A stretch of DNA of 64,000 nucleotides from an uncultured Gemmatimonadaceae bacterium (GCA_963716745.1 OY970320.1:2944001-3008000); one strand, 5' to 3'. Positions 27,588-38,310 are shown, counted from the stretch's first letter. Notes: generated from the letters alone by a model not told the origin. Numbers and translations: made by a program.

Positions 27588-28250
27588 GTGCTTCCCTCGA
27601 GCGCCCCCTCGAGTCTCGTGGTCGCCGTGGAAGTGGGCGCCGTGATGACCTCCGCGCTGTCCGGCATGATCACCGCGTTCCAGAAGCGCCTCGACATCGT
27701 CGGCGTCGCGTCGCTGGCCCTCGTCGCGGCGTTCGGCGGCGGTACGGTGCGCGATCTGCTCATCGACCGGCGTCCGTTCTTCTGGGATACGCGCTGGGAG
27801 TACGTGCCCATCATCATCGGCATGACGGTGGCGTTCGTCTACAGCGCCCGCTTCCACCGCGTCGCGCGCGCGTTGCACGAGCGCGCGGTGTTCATCGACG
27901 CGCTCGGCCTCGCGCTGTTCAGCCTCACCGGCCTCGCCTTCGCGCTCGACGCGAAGCTCTCGCCCTTCGTGGCGGTGCTCATTGGCGTGCTGACGGGCAC
28001 CGGCGGCGGCGTGATGCGCGACGTGCTCGTGAATGAACTGCCGCTCATCTTCCGGCCGGGCGGCCGCCTCTACGCTCTCGCGTCAGCGGTGGGCTGCGGG
28101 GTCGCCGTGGCGGCCGGGTGGCTGGGCCTCAGCGTATTCGCGGCCGCGGCGATCGGCTTCCTCGTGATCGTCGGACTCCGGATGGCGTCGGTGCGCTTCG
28201 GCGTGCATGCGCCGGACCCGCTCTGGATGCGGGAGACGCCGGACCCATGA
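27588..28250 (+). CDS. Trimeric intracellular cation channel (TRIC/YadS) family membrane protein
   Basis: Duplicated motif AFGGGTVRDLL and GTGGGVMRDVL; DALGLALF. Confidence 0.88.
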   Translation: MLPSSAPSSLVVAVEVGAVMTSALSGMITAFQKRLDIVGVASLALVAAFGGGTVRDLLIDRRPFFWDTRWEYVPIIIGMTVAFVYSARFHRVARALHERAVFIDALGLALFSLTGLAFALDAKLSPFVAVLIGVLTGTGGGVMRDVLVNELPLIFRPGGRLYALASAVGCGVAVAAGWLGLSVFAAAAIGFLVIVGLRMASVRFGVHAPDPLWMRETPDP

Positions 28251-28257
28251 CGAGGCG

Positions 28258-29151
28258 CTAGAACGCCGCCGTCAGGTAGAACATGATGCCCTGGATGTTG
28301 TAGTTGAGGTCGAGCGAGCCGCCATCCTTCAGCGTCTTCGAGATGTTCAAATCGATGTAGTGATAGCCGGCGCCCAGCCCGTAGTTGTGGAGCGGGAACC
28401 ACTCGATCGCCAGCTTGTCGTCGGTGACATGCCCGCCGAACGTCGCGATGTTGTTGACGTACAGATACTGCAATTGTCCGCGGAAATAGAAGCGGGGCAC
28501 GAATTCCCAGTCGCCGTAAATGCCGATCATCGGCGCCGGCGCGGTGAATCCGCCGCTGTGCTGCACGTTCACGCCTTCGCCGCCACCCGCGTCGGCCTGG
28601 AGCTTCAGTCCGGCGCCCAGCACGAGCGCGTCGATGCCGAGTCCGGCGCCGAGCTCCCACGCCGGCTTGCGCACGAAGTAGAAGCGATACGTGAAGCCGT
28701 AGTACTGGATGCTGCTGTTCGCGGCGATCATGGCGCCGGCGTGGTACGTAGTGTCGCCGAATGTGACGCTGTCGTTCAACGTCTTGTCGGAATTGCGCCG
28801 GAAACCGAAGTAGCCGAAGGTGATCAGTTGTTTCGAACCGAGCCGCAGTGTGGCGAGCGCTTCGACGCTCTGCGTTTGGCGATGGAGCCCGAGCTTGTTC
28901 TCGAGGTCGATGTTGTCGCCTTCCAACGTGGGCGACGACAGCTGCGCGCTCGAGGAGACGCTCGGCAGGTACCCGCCGACGCCGATGGTGAAGTGCTGTG
29001 GCACGAGCCCGTACTTCTTCACCGTGTCCGTCAGGAAACCCAGCGGCTTCTTCTTGGGCGTCGTGTCGGACGACTGTGCGGACAGCGCGCTGCCGAGCAA
29101 CACGACGGCGAGCACGGGGAACGCGAACGACCGGCGAATGGACTTGAGCAT
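28258..29151 (-). CDS. Outer-membrane beta-barrel protein
   Basis: Signal peptide ending LSAQ; IDLENKLGL motif; amphipathic strands; terminal Phe. Confidence 0.7.
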   Translation of the reverse strand: MLKSIRRSFAFPVLAVVLLGSALSAQSSDTTPKKKPLGFLTDTVKKYGLVPQHFTIGVGGYLPSVSSSAQLSSPTLEGDNIDLENKLGLHRQTQSVEALATLRLGSKQLITFGYFGFRRNSDKTLNDSVTFGDTTYHAGAMIAANSSIQYYGFTYRFYFVRKPAWELGAGLGIDALVLGAGLKLQADAGGGEGVNVQHSGGFTAPAPMIGIYGDWEFVPRFYFRGQLQYLYVNNIATFGGHVTDDKLAIEWFPLHNYGLGAGYHYIDLNISKTLKDGGSLDLNYNIQGIMFYLTAAF

Positions 29152-29285
29152 GCGCGCATCTCTATGGTTCAAGTGACACGGCCACTTCGCGCCCGCAGAC
29201 TCGACGGGACGCGTTCGAGGGTGCAATCTACCATTAGTGGGGCCCCGCCACACGTACGGCTTTAGTCTACTGTTCGAGACCGACC

Positions 29286-30456
29286 ATGAGGATCGCCGCG
29301 ATGAGACTGAGCAGTGGACTGATACGACTGGCGGGCGCCGGCGGCGCGATGCTGGGATTGTGCGCGTGTCCGAAGGTGCCGACGTCGTCCGCCGGCATGT
29401 CGCAGGCGCCCAACGTGGACGTGAGCGCGGACCAGTTGCAATTGCAGACGTACGCGATGGGGCACCAAGTGAACGGCACCATCGAGCGCGCGGCGGACAG
29501 CATCTTGAGTGCGACTTCCGACCCGCAAGTGCGCCGCCGCGCGATACTGTGGAAGCTCAGCGCCACACCGCTCGTGCAGGAGGCGTCGCTGCGCAACGAT
29601 CCGCTCGTCGCGGTAGTGGATCTCGCGGCATTCACCGAGCAGCAGACCGCGTATTTCAGCACGGGCGATGGCCGCGAGTCGTTCGGCGCGCTCCAGCCGG
29701 TGGCCGTGGACGCATCGCAACGCATGCAGCGCCAGGTGCTCGGCCTGATGCAACGGAGCATGAAGGGCAACGAGGTTCCGGCGGAAGCGACGGCGCGGCT
29801 CGCCGCGTGGACGGCCGAGCACCCCATGACGGGCCCCGATCTGCAGCGCGAGTCGGTGCTCGGCGCCGATTGGAAGGCGCTCGGGGCGAGCAACGAGACC
29901 CTCACCAGCACCGTGGGGAACATGGACCGCACGTTGCGCGCCCTGGCGTTGCGTCTCGGCTACCTCAACGAGACGCTGTCGGCACAATTGCGGTGGAACG
30001 CACAACTGCTCACGGATGAAATGGTGAATTCGCCGCGAGGCGACTCGCTGCTGCGTCCCAGCGCGAACACGATCCGCGCGGTGGGCGATCTCGCCGCCGG
30101 TGCGCCGGAACTTCTCGCGCACGAGCGCGCGGCCGTGCTCGCGGGCGTGGACCGCGAGCGTGTGCTGGCGCTCGCCGACATCGATCGTCAGCGCGTCGAG
30201 ACGCTGCACGCGATCAGCGGCGAGCGCGTGGCGCTCACCGCGACGCATCGACAGCGAGCGCGTGGCGGTGATGTCGTCGCTCACCAAGGAGCGGATCGCG
30301 GCGCTGCACGGCGTGGACAGCATCGCGCAGGCGCAGATCAGCCACACCGAGGCGGCGCTCACCCGGCTGCTGTGGGAAGGTGTGCTGGGCGCGCTGATCG
30401 TGGTGGCGGCGCTCACGGTGGGCGGCATGTTCGTCGTGCGTCAGCGCCGCGCGTAG
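29286..30456 (+). CDS. Hypothetical helical lipoprotein/membrane protein; apparent +1 frameshift near 30246
   Basis: Helical ORF to ...ERVALTAT, continuing in another frame as IDSERVAVMSS...TM helix...RQRRA-stop. Confidence 0.6.
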
Positions 30457-30546
30457 CCGTGGCGCCCTTGCCCCGGCGGCGGGGCGCGGCGACTTTCCAA
30501 CCGCCGGCGCGTGCCGGCGCGAACGAGTAGCATGAGAGGAGGCGAC

Positions 30547-31956
30547 ATGAAGTCGCAGTCAGCGGCCGTGGCGACGCCCTTCGGCGACGCGGTAGCGGTC
30601 TCGGGCGAGACGGTCACCATCGGCGACGAGCGCGCGCTCCAGGGCCCGGCCATGGACGCGCTCGTGCGCGACGCGGTGTTCGGCGGCACGGTGGAACGCG
30701 AGCGCGCGCGGTGGTTGATCTGGGAGCTGGCGCAGCAGGTGGGCGCGCGGCCGTCGTCCATCCACGAGCTCTATCGCGCGCGCGGCCGCGGCGAGACGAA
30801 GGGATTCACGGTGCCCGCGATCAACGTGCGCGGCGCGGCGTACGATACGGCGCGCGCCATCTTCCGCACCGCGGTGCGCATGAACGCCGGTGCGTTCATC
30901 GTCGAGATCGCGCGCTCCGAGATCGCCTACACCGAACAGCGCCCCGCGGAGTACGTCGCGGTGATGCTCGCCGCGGCGCTGCGCGAGGGATTCCGCGGGC
31001 CGGTGTTCATCCAGGGCGACCACTTCCAGGTGAACGCCAAGAAATTCGCCGCCGATGCGGCCGGTGAAGTGAATTCGGTGAAACAGCTCGCGGCCGAGGC
31101 GATCACCGCCGGCTTCCTGAACATCGACGTGGACACGTCCACGCTCGTGAACATCAGCCTCAAGACGCTCGACGAGCAGCAGCGGCTCAATTACGAGACG
31201 GCGGCCGACATCGCCGCGTACGTGCGCAGCCTGGAGCCCGCTGGCATCGCGATCTCGATCGGCGCCGAGATCGGCGAGGTGGGCACGCAGAACAGCACCG
31301 TCGCCGAGGAGCGCGCCTTCATGGACGGGTACATTCGCACAATGAAGGCGCGCGGCCATGGATCGCTCGCACCGCTCTCGAAGATCTCGGTGCAGACGGG
31401 CACGTCGCATGGGGGCATCGTGCTGCCAGACGGTTCGATCGCGGACGTGAAGCTGGACCTAAAGGCGCTGGAGGAGCTGTCGAAGGTCGCGCGCAGCGAC
31501 TACGGCATGGCGGGCGCCGTACAGCACGGTGCGAGTACGCTGCCGGAAACGGCGTTCAATCATTTCCCGCGCATCGAAACGGCCGAGATCCATCTCGCGA
31601 CGAACTTCCAGAACATCCTGTACGATCACCTGCCAACGGTGCTGCGGAAGCGCATCTACCATTGGCTGGACGAGAACGCCAAGGAGGAACGGAAGCCGAC
31701 CGACACCGACGATCAGTTCTACTATAAGACGCGAAAGAAGGCGCTCGGGCCGTTCAAAGCCGAGCTCTGGGAACTGCCGGAGGAGACGCGGGTGGAACTA
31801 GCGGGCGCGTACGATCGCACCTTCGGATTCCTCTTCGAGCAACTGAAAGTGGGAGGGACCGCCGCGATCGTGGCGCAGACGGTGAAGCCGCCACGGCTCC
31901 ATCATCGCGCGCCCGCCGGCGCGATCGCCCCCGACGATCCCGACGCCGGCGAGTAG
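30547..31956 (+). CDS. Class II fructose-bisphosphate aldolase family protein
   Basis: TVPAIN, FIQGDH, NIDVDTS, EIGEVG, QTGTSHGG and AVQHGAS motifs. Confidence 0.88.
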   Translation: MKSQSAAVATPFGDAVAVSGETVTIGDERALQGPAMDALVRDAVFGGTVERERARWLIWELAQQVGARPSSIHELYRARGRGETKGFTVPAINVRGAAYDTARAIFRTAVRMNAGAFIVEIARSEIAYTEQRPAEYVAVMLAAALREGFRGPVFIQGDHFQVNAKKFAADAAGEVNSVKQLAAEAITAGFLNIDVDTSTLVNISLKTLDEQQRLNYETAADIAAYVRSLEPAGIAISIGAEIGEVGTQNSTVAEERAFMDGYIRTMKARGHGSLAPLSKISVQTGTSHGGIVLPDGSIADVKLDLKALEELSKVARSDYGMAGAVQHGASTLPETAFNHFPRIETAEIHLATNFQNILYDHLPTVLRKRIYHWLDENAKEERKPTDTDDQFYYKTRKKALGPFKAELWELPEETRVELAGAYDRTFGFLFEQLKVGGTAAIVAQTVKPPRLHHRAPAGAIAPDDPDAGE

Positions 31957-31980
31957 TCCGGCCCCGACTGGAGAACGCGC

Positions 31981-32427
31981 ATGGCACGCTATGAGGAGTT
32001 CGACGACGAGCCGCACGTGGTGGTGGAGAAACGCGGCGGCGGCATCACGACGTTCCTGGTGGGGCTGGTTGTGGGCGCCGGACTCGCGCTCGTGCTCGCG
32101 CCGCAGTCCGGCGCCGAGACACGCCAGATGATTCGCCGCCGCGCTCGCCGCGCCGCCGAGAAGATGGCCGACACGGCGGGCGACCTGGCGGACGATGTGC
32201 GCGACAAGGTGGATCATGCGAAGCGCCGCGTGGAAGAGGGGATCGACAGCGCGCGAGACGCCATCGAGCGCGAGAAGCGCCATGTGAAGCACGCGGCGAA
32301 GGAAGGCCGCGGCGCGGCGCGCGCGGCGCGCGAGGAACTCGAAGCGCGCCTCGCCGAGAGCCGCGCGGGCGCCCGACGCACCACCGCGACCGCCGGCGAC
32401 GAGCTGGACGACGACGCGGGCGTCTGA
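31981..32427 (+). CDS. YtxH-domain protein
   Basis: FLVGLVVGAGLALVLAPQSGAETR. Confidence 0.88.
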   Translation: MARYEEFDDEPHVVVEKRGGGITTFLVGLVVGAGLALVLAPQSGAETRQMIRRRARRAAEKMADTAGDLADDVRDKVDHAKRRVEEGIDSARDAIEREKRHVKHAAKEGRGAARAAREELEARLAESRAGARRTTATAGDELDDDAGV

Positions 32428-32469
32428 CGCGCACGCGCGAGCGCACCCGCGGCGCGCCGGAGTGACCCG

Positions 32470-33384
32470 ATGCCGCTAGCGCGTGCGCCGCTGCCCGTCC
32501 GGGCCTGGCGCACGGTGAAGGACTATGCGGTGCGCGTCACCGACAATGCGCGCGACAATGACATCTTCTTCCTCACGAGCGCCGTCGCGTTCAATATCCT
32601 GCTCGCGGTCGTGCCGTTCCTGCTCCTGCTGCTCGCGGGCCTGGGCTACTGGCTGAACCACTCGGTGATGCAATCGCGCGCCGACGTGTCGGACTTCCTG
32701 CACGCGCTGCTCCCGCCGCACACCGAGTCGCCGACGTCGCCCTACGATATCCTGATCAACGACATCCAACGTACGCGGCGCTCACTCGGCATCGTCGGGT
32801 TGATCTCATTCGTGTACCTGTCCACGCGCCTCTTCACGACGCTCCGCTCGGCGCTCGCGAGCGTGTTCGATGTGCGCGAAGCGAAGGGGATCGTGTCGGG
32901 CAAGGCGTACGATGTGGTCGTGACCATCTTCGCGACCATCCTGCTGGTGGGCTACACCGGCATCGCGACGTATCTCAAACTCGCGACGTCGCGCGGCGTC
33001 TCGGCGCTCGCGGCCATCGGGATACGTCACGAGATGATGGGGCGCGTCGAGTACGCGGTGGCCGCATCGCTGGGAACGCTCTCGATCGCCATCATGTTCT
33101 TCCTGCTCTACAAGTTCCTGCCCAACCGGCCGATCCGCTGGCAGCCGGCCGCGGTGGGCGCGCTCGTGACCACCGTGCTCCTGCAGGTGGCGAAGATCTT
33201 GTTCGACTATTTCATGCGGTCGTATCGTCCCGGCACGATCTACGGGGGGACACTCTCCACGATCGTGATCATCGTGTTCTGGACCTACTACGCGGCGCTC
33301 ATCTTCCTCATCGGCGGCGAGGTGGGGCAGGTGTACGATCTGCGCCGCGCCATGCGCCTGCAGCGCGAGACCTTCGAGGACTGA
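32470..33384 (+). CDS. YihY/virulence factor BrkB family membrane protein
   Basis: AVAFNILLAVVPF, LLYKFLPN, IYG and YYAALIFLIGGE motifs. Confidence 0.88.
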   Translation: MPLARAPLPVRAWRTVKDYAVRVTDNARDNDIFFLTSAVAFNILLAVVPFLLLLLAGLGYWLNHSVMQSRADVSDFLHALLPPHTESPTSPYDILINDIQRTRRSLGIVGLISFVYLSTRLFTTLRSALASVFDVREAKGIVSGKAYDVVVTIFATILLVGYTGIATYLKLATSRGVSALAAIGIRHEMMGRVEYAVAASLGTLSIAIMFFLLYKFLPNRPIRWQPAAVGALVTTVLLQVAKILFDYFMRSYRPGTIYGGTLSTIVIIVFWTYYAALIFLIGGEVGQVYDLRRAMRLQRETFED

Positions 33385-33387
33385 GTC

Positions 33388-34410
33388 ATGGCGATCGATC
33401 TACGGAGTGATACGGTCACGCGACCCACGGCGGCGATGCGGCGCGCGATGGCCGACGCCGAGGTGGGCGACGATGTGCTCGATGGCGATCCCACCACCAA
33501 GCGGCTCGAGGCGCGCGTGGCCGCGATGCTGGGCAAGGAGGCGGCCCTCTTCTTCCCGAGCGGGACGATGGCGAACCAGACCGCGGTGTGGCTGCACACG
33601 CGGCCCGGTACCGAGATCCTGCTCGACCAGGGCGCGCACATCGTACACTACGAACTCGCCGGTGCGGCGGCGCTCTCCGGCGCGCAGCTGCGCACCGTGC
33701 CGTGCGATGGCCCGGTGATGACGGCGTCGGCGCTCGCCGCCGCGATGCGTCCGGCGTCCCCGCACGTGCCCGAGGCGAGCCTCGTGTGCGCCGAGAACAC
33801 GCACAACGGCGCCGGCGGCATGATCACACCGCTGGCGGATCTCAGAGCGATCGCGGAGACGGCGCGCTCGCGCGGACTGCCGCTGCATCTCGACGGCGCG
33901 CGATTGTGGAACGCGAGCGCGGCGAGCGGCACTCCGCTCGCGGAGTTCGCGGCATGCGCGGACACCGTGATGGTATCGTTCTCCAAGGGACTCGGTTGCC
34001 CGGTGGGCGCGGTGCTCGCGGGATCGAGAGCGATGATGGAGCGCGGCTGGTTCGTGCGGAAACGGTTCGGCGGCGGGATGAGACAATCGGGCGTGCTCGC
34101 CGCGGCCGCGGTGTACGCGCTGGACCATCATCTCGCGCGCCTCAGCGAGGATCACGCGCGCGCGAAGGCGTTCGCGAAGCGGGTGGACGGCGCGGGAGGG
34201 GCGAAAGTGGTGCCACCGGACACGAACATCGTGATGCTGGATCTGCCGGCGAAGCTTGACGCAAATGTGATCGTGAGGACGGCGGGGGAGCGAGGGGTGC
34301 GACTCACGCCGTGGTCGAAGACGCGGATCCGGGCGGTGGTGCATTTGGACATCGACGATGCGGCGATCGCGGAGGCGGGGGGGATTCTCGCCGAACTACT
34401 CACGGCGTGA
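33388..34410 (+). CDS. ltaE: Low-specificity L-threonine aldolase
   Basis: [38 protein letters not shown] and GGGMRQ motifs. Confidence 0.93.
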   Translation: MAIDLRSDTVTRPTAAMRRAMADAEVGDDVLDGDPTTKRLEARVAAMLGKEAALFFPSGTMANQTAVWLHTRPGTEILLDQGAHIVHYELAGAAALSGAQLRTVPCDGPVMTASALAAAMRPASPHVPEASLVCAENTHNGAGGMITPLADLRAIAETARSRGLPLHLDGARLWNASAASGTPLAEFAACADTVMVSFSKGLGCPVGAVLAGSRAMMERGWFVRKRFGGGMRQSGVLAAAAVYALDHHLARLSEDHARAKAFAKRVDGAGGAKVVPPDTNIVMLDLPAKLDANVIVRTAGERGVRLTPWSKTRIRAVVHLDIDDAAIAEAGGILAELLTA

Positions 34411-34679
34411 GTCGTGAGTCGCACCCCAGACCCCCGTACGTCGTACCCCGAACACCGTGAGTACCGAGTCGTGCGTCGTACTGACTGTGAGGCGTGACTC
34501 GCAACCCAAACTCCGTGAGTCGTGAGTTAACTCACGAGGTAAGCGTTGCGAGTCACGGGCTCCGGGCCGCGACTCACGGTGGTCGGGTCGCGGTCCGGGC
34601 CGCGACTCACGGTGGTCGGGTCGCGACGCACGCACCACAATCTGTACGACGCACGACTCGGTACTCACGGCGTTCGGGT
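34407..34679. repeat. Family C composite palindrome, cluster 2
   Basis: GTGAGTACCGAGTCGTGCGT at 34457, its inverse at 34649-34668, many GTGAGTC/GACTCAC units and an internal 33-nt-period tandem duplication. Confidence 0.85.
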
Positions 34680-34714
34680 TTGCCTGAGACCTCCCATGCG
34701 CTAGATTATTAACT

Positions 34715-34810
34715 GCTCCAGGTCCCGGAGGGCGCCAGTGCGTCAACCCCGCCAGGACCGAGAGGTAGCAACGGTACACGTTGCGAACGTCGCTTCGGAC
34801 GGCCTGGAGC
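34715..34810 (+). ncRNA. ffs: Signal recognition particle RNA (4.5S, small bacterial type)
   Basis: Closing stem GCTCCAGG...CCTGGAGC; domain IV motif CCAGG-ACC-GAGA-GGT-AGCA; canonical position upstream of dnaX. Confidence 0.9.
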
Positions 34811-34874
34811 ACTGCGTGGGGATCCGAAGGCCGCAAGTGGCGGTCGCGGTCCCGCGCTCGACTCGACGCGAACG

Positions 34875-34910
34875 AGAGCCTGGCGCCGGTGGCGCCGGGC
34901 TCTAGTTTTT
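34875..34910 (+). terminator. Terminator-like hairpin after ffs, directly before dnaX
   Basis: AGAGCCTGGCGCC-GGT-GGCGCCGGGCTCT followed by AGTTTTT. Confidence 0.6.
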
Positions 34911-34918
34911 CGAGGACC

Positions 34919-36631
34919 ATGTATCTCTCGCTCGCCCGAAAATACCGCCCGCGGCGCTTCGCCGATGTCGCGGTGCAATCCCACGTCGCGAACACGCTCA
35001 AGGGCGCGATCGCGCGCGGGCGCGTCGCGCACGGCTACCTGCTGTGCGGCCCGCGCGGGGTGGGGAAGACCACGCTCGCGCGCGTGCTCGCCATGGCGCT
35101 CAATTGCGAGAACCGCGCCGCCGACGGCGAGCCGTGCGGCGAATGCGAGTCGTGCAAGCGGGTCTGGAGCGGATCCACCGCGCTCGACGTCGTCGAGATC
35201 GACGCCGCGTCGAATCGCGGCGTGGACGACGCGCGCGAATTGCGCGAGCGGGCGATGTACGCGCCGAACAGCGACACCGGCTACAAGGTGTACATCGTGG
35301 ACGAAGCGCACATGCTCACGCGCGAGGCATGGAACACTCTGCTCAAGATCCTCGAGGAGCCGCCGCCGCGCGTCGTGTTCGTGTTCGCCACCACCGAGCC
35401 GCAGAAGATCGCGCAGGCCGCCGCGCCGGTGCTGAGCCGGCTCCAGCGATTCGACTTCAAGCGCATCGGCCCGGCCGATGTGCGCACGCGCCTCGCCTCG
35501 GTGCTCGCGGCTGAGAAGGTGAAGTCCGAACCTGAAGCGCTCGTCATGCTCTCGCGCGCCGCCGACGGATCCATGCGCGACGCGCTCTCCCTCGCCGACC
35601 AGGCGCTCTCCCTCGGCGACGGCACGCTCACCGCCGCGCGCGTGCGCGAAGCGCTCGGACTCGTCGCCGAGGATGAATATCTCGCGATGCTCGACATCAT
35701 CCTCGAGCGCCGCGCCGCCGATGTCTTTCCCGCCGTCGCGCGCCTCGTGGACCAGGGCGTGGATCTGCCGGGATTCCTCACCGGGTTCGCCGATGTGCTG
35801 CGGTCGCTGCTCACAGTGCAGCTGGGCGGGGGCGGGGACGATCTCTCGGAGACCCTCAAGACGGCGCTGGGCGCTAGACGCTCGGCGCTAGGAAACGGCG
35901 ACGTGCTGCGCATGCTCACGGCGCTCACGGAACTCGAGCCGAGGTTCCGCCGCTCGGGGCAGCAGCAGCTACTGCTCGAGACGATCCTTGTCCGTTTCGC
36001 TTTGTTGGATCACACGGTTGAGCTTGAGCAACTGCTGGGCGCCCTTGGTTCACCGAGTGGCGGTGCGGGCGGACCTTCCTCAAGCACGTCCGACGTTCGG
36101 GACTCGGGACTCGGGACTCGCCGCGGGATGCGGGAGGGAGCGGCGAATGCGGACGCCGCGCCCGTCAGTTCATCGCCTCCCGCGGCGAGTCCCGAGCCCC
36201 GAGTCCCGAACCCCGCGGAGAGCTTGGGTTCGACTTCTCCCGTTACTCTCGAGTCCCTCGCAGGATCCTGGCAGCGCGTCGTGAGCGCCGTCAGCGCGGG
36301 AGGCCGAGGCATGCTCAGCGCCGCTCTCGCCCACGCCAAACCCGTGGCCGTCGCGGAGAGCGGCACCATCACGCTCGAGCTCACGCCCGACGGCGCGCTG
36401 TACGAGCAGCCGCTCGCGAGTGGCGCGGCCGACGTACTCGCCGCCATCGCGACGCTCTTCGGCGGCGCCACGAAGCTCAGCGTCCGCGTCGCGACCTCGG
36501 GCACCGCCGACGCGGCGCCCAAGCGGATCACCGCCGAGAGCGTGAAGGCCGAGCGTCTCGCGATGATCCGGAAGAAGGACCCGGCTCTGGACGCGGCAGT
36601 AGATTCATTGGACCTCGAACTGCTCGACTGA
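34919..36631 (+). CDS. dnaX: DNA polymerase III subunit gamma/tau
   Basis: LARKYRP, GPRGVGKTT, PCGECESC, EIDAASN, VDEAHML, LSRLQRFDF and GSMRDALS motifs. Confidence 0.97.
   Translation: MYLSLARKYRPRRFADVAVQSHVANTLKGAIARGRVAHGYLLCGPRGVGKTTLARVLAMALNCENRAADGEPCGECESCKRVWSGSTALDVVEIDAASNRGVDDARELRERAMYAPNSDTGYKVYIVDEAHMLTREAWNTLLKILEEPPPRVVFVFATTEPQKIAQAAAPVLSRLQRFDFKRIGPADVRTRLASVLAAEKVKSEPEALVMLSRAADGSMRDALSLADQALSLGDGTLTAARVREALGLVAEDEYLAMLDIILERRAADVFPAVARLVDQGVDLPGFLTGFADVLRSLLTVQLGGGGDDLSETLKTALGARRSALGNGDVLRMLTALTELEPRFRRSGQQQLLLETILVRFALLDHTVELEQLLGALGSPSGGAGGPSSSTSDVRDSGLGTRRGMREGAANADAAPVSSSPPAASPEPRVPNPAESLGSTSPVTLESLAGSWQRVVSAVSAGGRGMLSAALAHAKPVAVAESGTITLELTPDGALYEQPLASGAADVLAAIATLFGGATKLSVRVATSGTADAAPKRITAESVKAERLAMIRKKDPALDAAVDSLDLELLD
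36098..36216. repeat. Family E palindrome (GGGACTC heptamers) read in frame within dnaX
   Basis: CGGGACTCGGGACTCGGGACTCGCCGCGGGA ... TCCCGCGGCGAGTCCCGAG, the same arms as the intergenic copy at 49227-49341. Confidence 0.9.
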
Positions 36632-36655
36632 CCGATCACACTCTCCGCCCCGCCC

Positions 36656-36973
36656 ATGGCCGATTTCATGAAGCTCCTCCAGCAAGCCCAGCAGATGCAG
36701 GGGAAGCTGGCCGAGATGCAGAACGAACTCGAGAAGCGCACCGTGTCCGCCGCGAGCGGCGGCGGGATGGTCACGGCCACCGCCGACGGCAAGGGGCAGA
36801 TCCGCGCCATCAAGATCGATCCGTCGGTCGTGAATGCCGCGGATGTCGAGATGCTCGAGGATCTGGTGCTCGCCGCGCTCACTGAAGTCCAGAAGAAAGC
36901 GGCCGCGGCGGCCGCCGAGGAGATGCAGAAGGCGACGGGCGGCCTGTCGCTCCCCTTCAAGCTGCCGCTCTAG
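36656..36973 (+). CDS. ybaB: YbaB/EbfC nucleoid-associated protein
   Basis: QAQQMQ, SGGGMV and EMLEDLVLAA motifs; lies between dnaX and recR. Confidence 0.95.
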   Translation: MADFMKLLQQAQQMQGKLAEMQNELEKRTVSAASGGGMVTATADGKGQIRAIKIDPSVVNAADVEMLEDLVLAALTEVQKKAAAAAAEEMQKATGGLSLPFKLPL

Positions 36974-36980
36974 GCGCGCG

Positions 36981-37568
36981 ATGTCGGCGATCGAAGACCT
37001 CGCCGCCGAGCTCGCGAAGCTGCCCGGCATCGGGCGGAAGACCGCGCTGCGGCTCACGTACTACCTGCTCAAGCAGCCGCCGGCGCAGAGCCGCCGCCTC
37101 GCGGAAGCGCTCGGCCTGCTCGTGGAACGGGTGCGCCGCTGCTCCGTATGCGCGAATCTCACCGAGGCGGACCCGTGCGCGATCTGCACCGATCCGCGTC
37201 GCGACCGCGCGGTGCTATGCGTGGTGGAGGAGAGCGCCGACATCGGCGCGATCGAGCGCGCCGGTGAATTCCGCGGCGTGTATCACGTGCTCGGCGGACG
37301 ATTGAGCCCGCTGGATGGCGTGGGCCCCGAGGACCTGACCGTCACGCAGCTGGTCGAGCGCGTCTCGCACGGGGCCGTGAAAGAGGTGATCGTTGCGACG
37401 AACCCGAGCCTCGAAGGGGAAGCGACCGCGCTGTACCTGCAGCGGCAACTGGCGGGGCAGGTGCCGGTGGTCTCGCGCATCGCGAGAGGGTTGCCGGTGG
37501 GAGGGGATCTGGAATACGCAGACGGGGTCACGATCGCCCAAGCATTGAGCGCTAGACGGGCAATGTAG
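36981..37568 (+). CDS. recR: Recombination mediator RecR
   Basis: LPGIGRKTA, CSVC..CAIC, YHVLGG, ATNPSLEGEATA and GGDLEYAD motifs. Confidence 0.97.
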   Translation: MSAIEDLAAELAKLPGIGRKTALRLTYYLLKQPPAQSRRLAEALGLLVERVRRCSVCANLTEADPCAICTDPRRDRAVLCVVEESADIGAIERAGEFRGVYHVLGGRLSPLDGVGPEDLTVTQLVERVSHGAVKEVIVATNPSLEGEATALYLQRQLAGQVPVVSRIARGLPVGGDLEYADGVTIAQALSARRAM

Positions 37569-37570
37569 GT

Positions 37571-37728
37571 CCGCCGAACGCCGTGAGTACCGAGTCGTGC
37601 GTCAGACTCACGATTCACGGTTGTCGGGGTTCCAAGAACGCCGTACAATCAGTTCGACGCACGACTCGGTACTCACGGATTTCGGGGTACGACGGACGGT
37701 GTTCGTGTCGCGACTCACGGCGTTCGGG
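37571..37728. repeat. Family C composite palindrome, cluster 3
   Basis: CCGAACGCCGTGAGTACCGAGTCGTGCGT ... ACGCACGACTCGGTACTCACGG ... GACTCACGGCGTTCGG. Confidence 0.85.
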
Positions 37729-37810
37729 TCCAGGCCGTTCACCGTGGCTTAAGACCTTAGATAATCGTCATTCTGTGAGCGCTCAGACCCTCTCGAGGAT
37801 CACTTTTTAG

Positions 37811-38296
37811 ATGCCTGTCGGCGCCGCCAGCTGGTCGTTCACCGAAGACGATTATAGCGCGATCCTGCGCGCCCTCCAGCAATTCCTCTACGACAGCAAC
37901 GCGCGCAGCGCGCTGCTCGTGGACCGCTCGGGGCAGCTCGTCGCGACCGTTGGTGAGCAGCCGCATTTCGACCCGACGGCCTTCGCGACGCTCACCGCCG
38001 CGGATTTCAGCGCCAACGACCAGCTCGCACGCCTCATCGGCGAGACGGAATTCAGTTCACTCTTCCACCAGGGCGAGCAGGAGTCGATGTACCTCGTCGA
38101 CATCGCACGCCGCGTGATCCTCGTGATCCTGTTCGACAATCGCACGACGCTCGGCCTCGTCCGCCTGAAGGTGAAGTCCACGGTGGAGGAGCTCGCGCGG
38201 CTGTTCACGGTCATGTTCGAGCGCGGGCGCGACGGGGCGAGTTCGCCCAACATCCTGGCGGGCGCCGAGGATGAGATCGACCGGCTGTTCCAATAG
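37811..38296 (+). CDS. mglB: Roadblock/LC7 GTPase-activating protein MglB
   Basis: [25 protein letters not shown] and TTLGLVRL motifs; precedes mglA. Confidence 0.92.
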   Translation: MPVGAASWSFTEDDYSAILRALQQFLYDSNARSALLVDRSGQLVATVGEQPHFDPTAFATLTAADFSANDQLARLIGETEFSSLFHQGEQESMYLVDIARRVILVILFDNRTTLGLVRLKVKSTVEELARLFTVMFERGRDGASSPNILAGAEDEIDRLFQ

Positions 38297-38310
38297 GAGA
38301 CGGAACAGCC

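Noticed and set aside
35990..36100. E. coli-type -1 frameshift site producing DnaX gamma
   Set aside because: No A-AAA-AAG or poly-A/T slippery run upstream of the hairpin.
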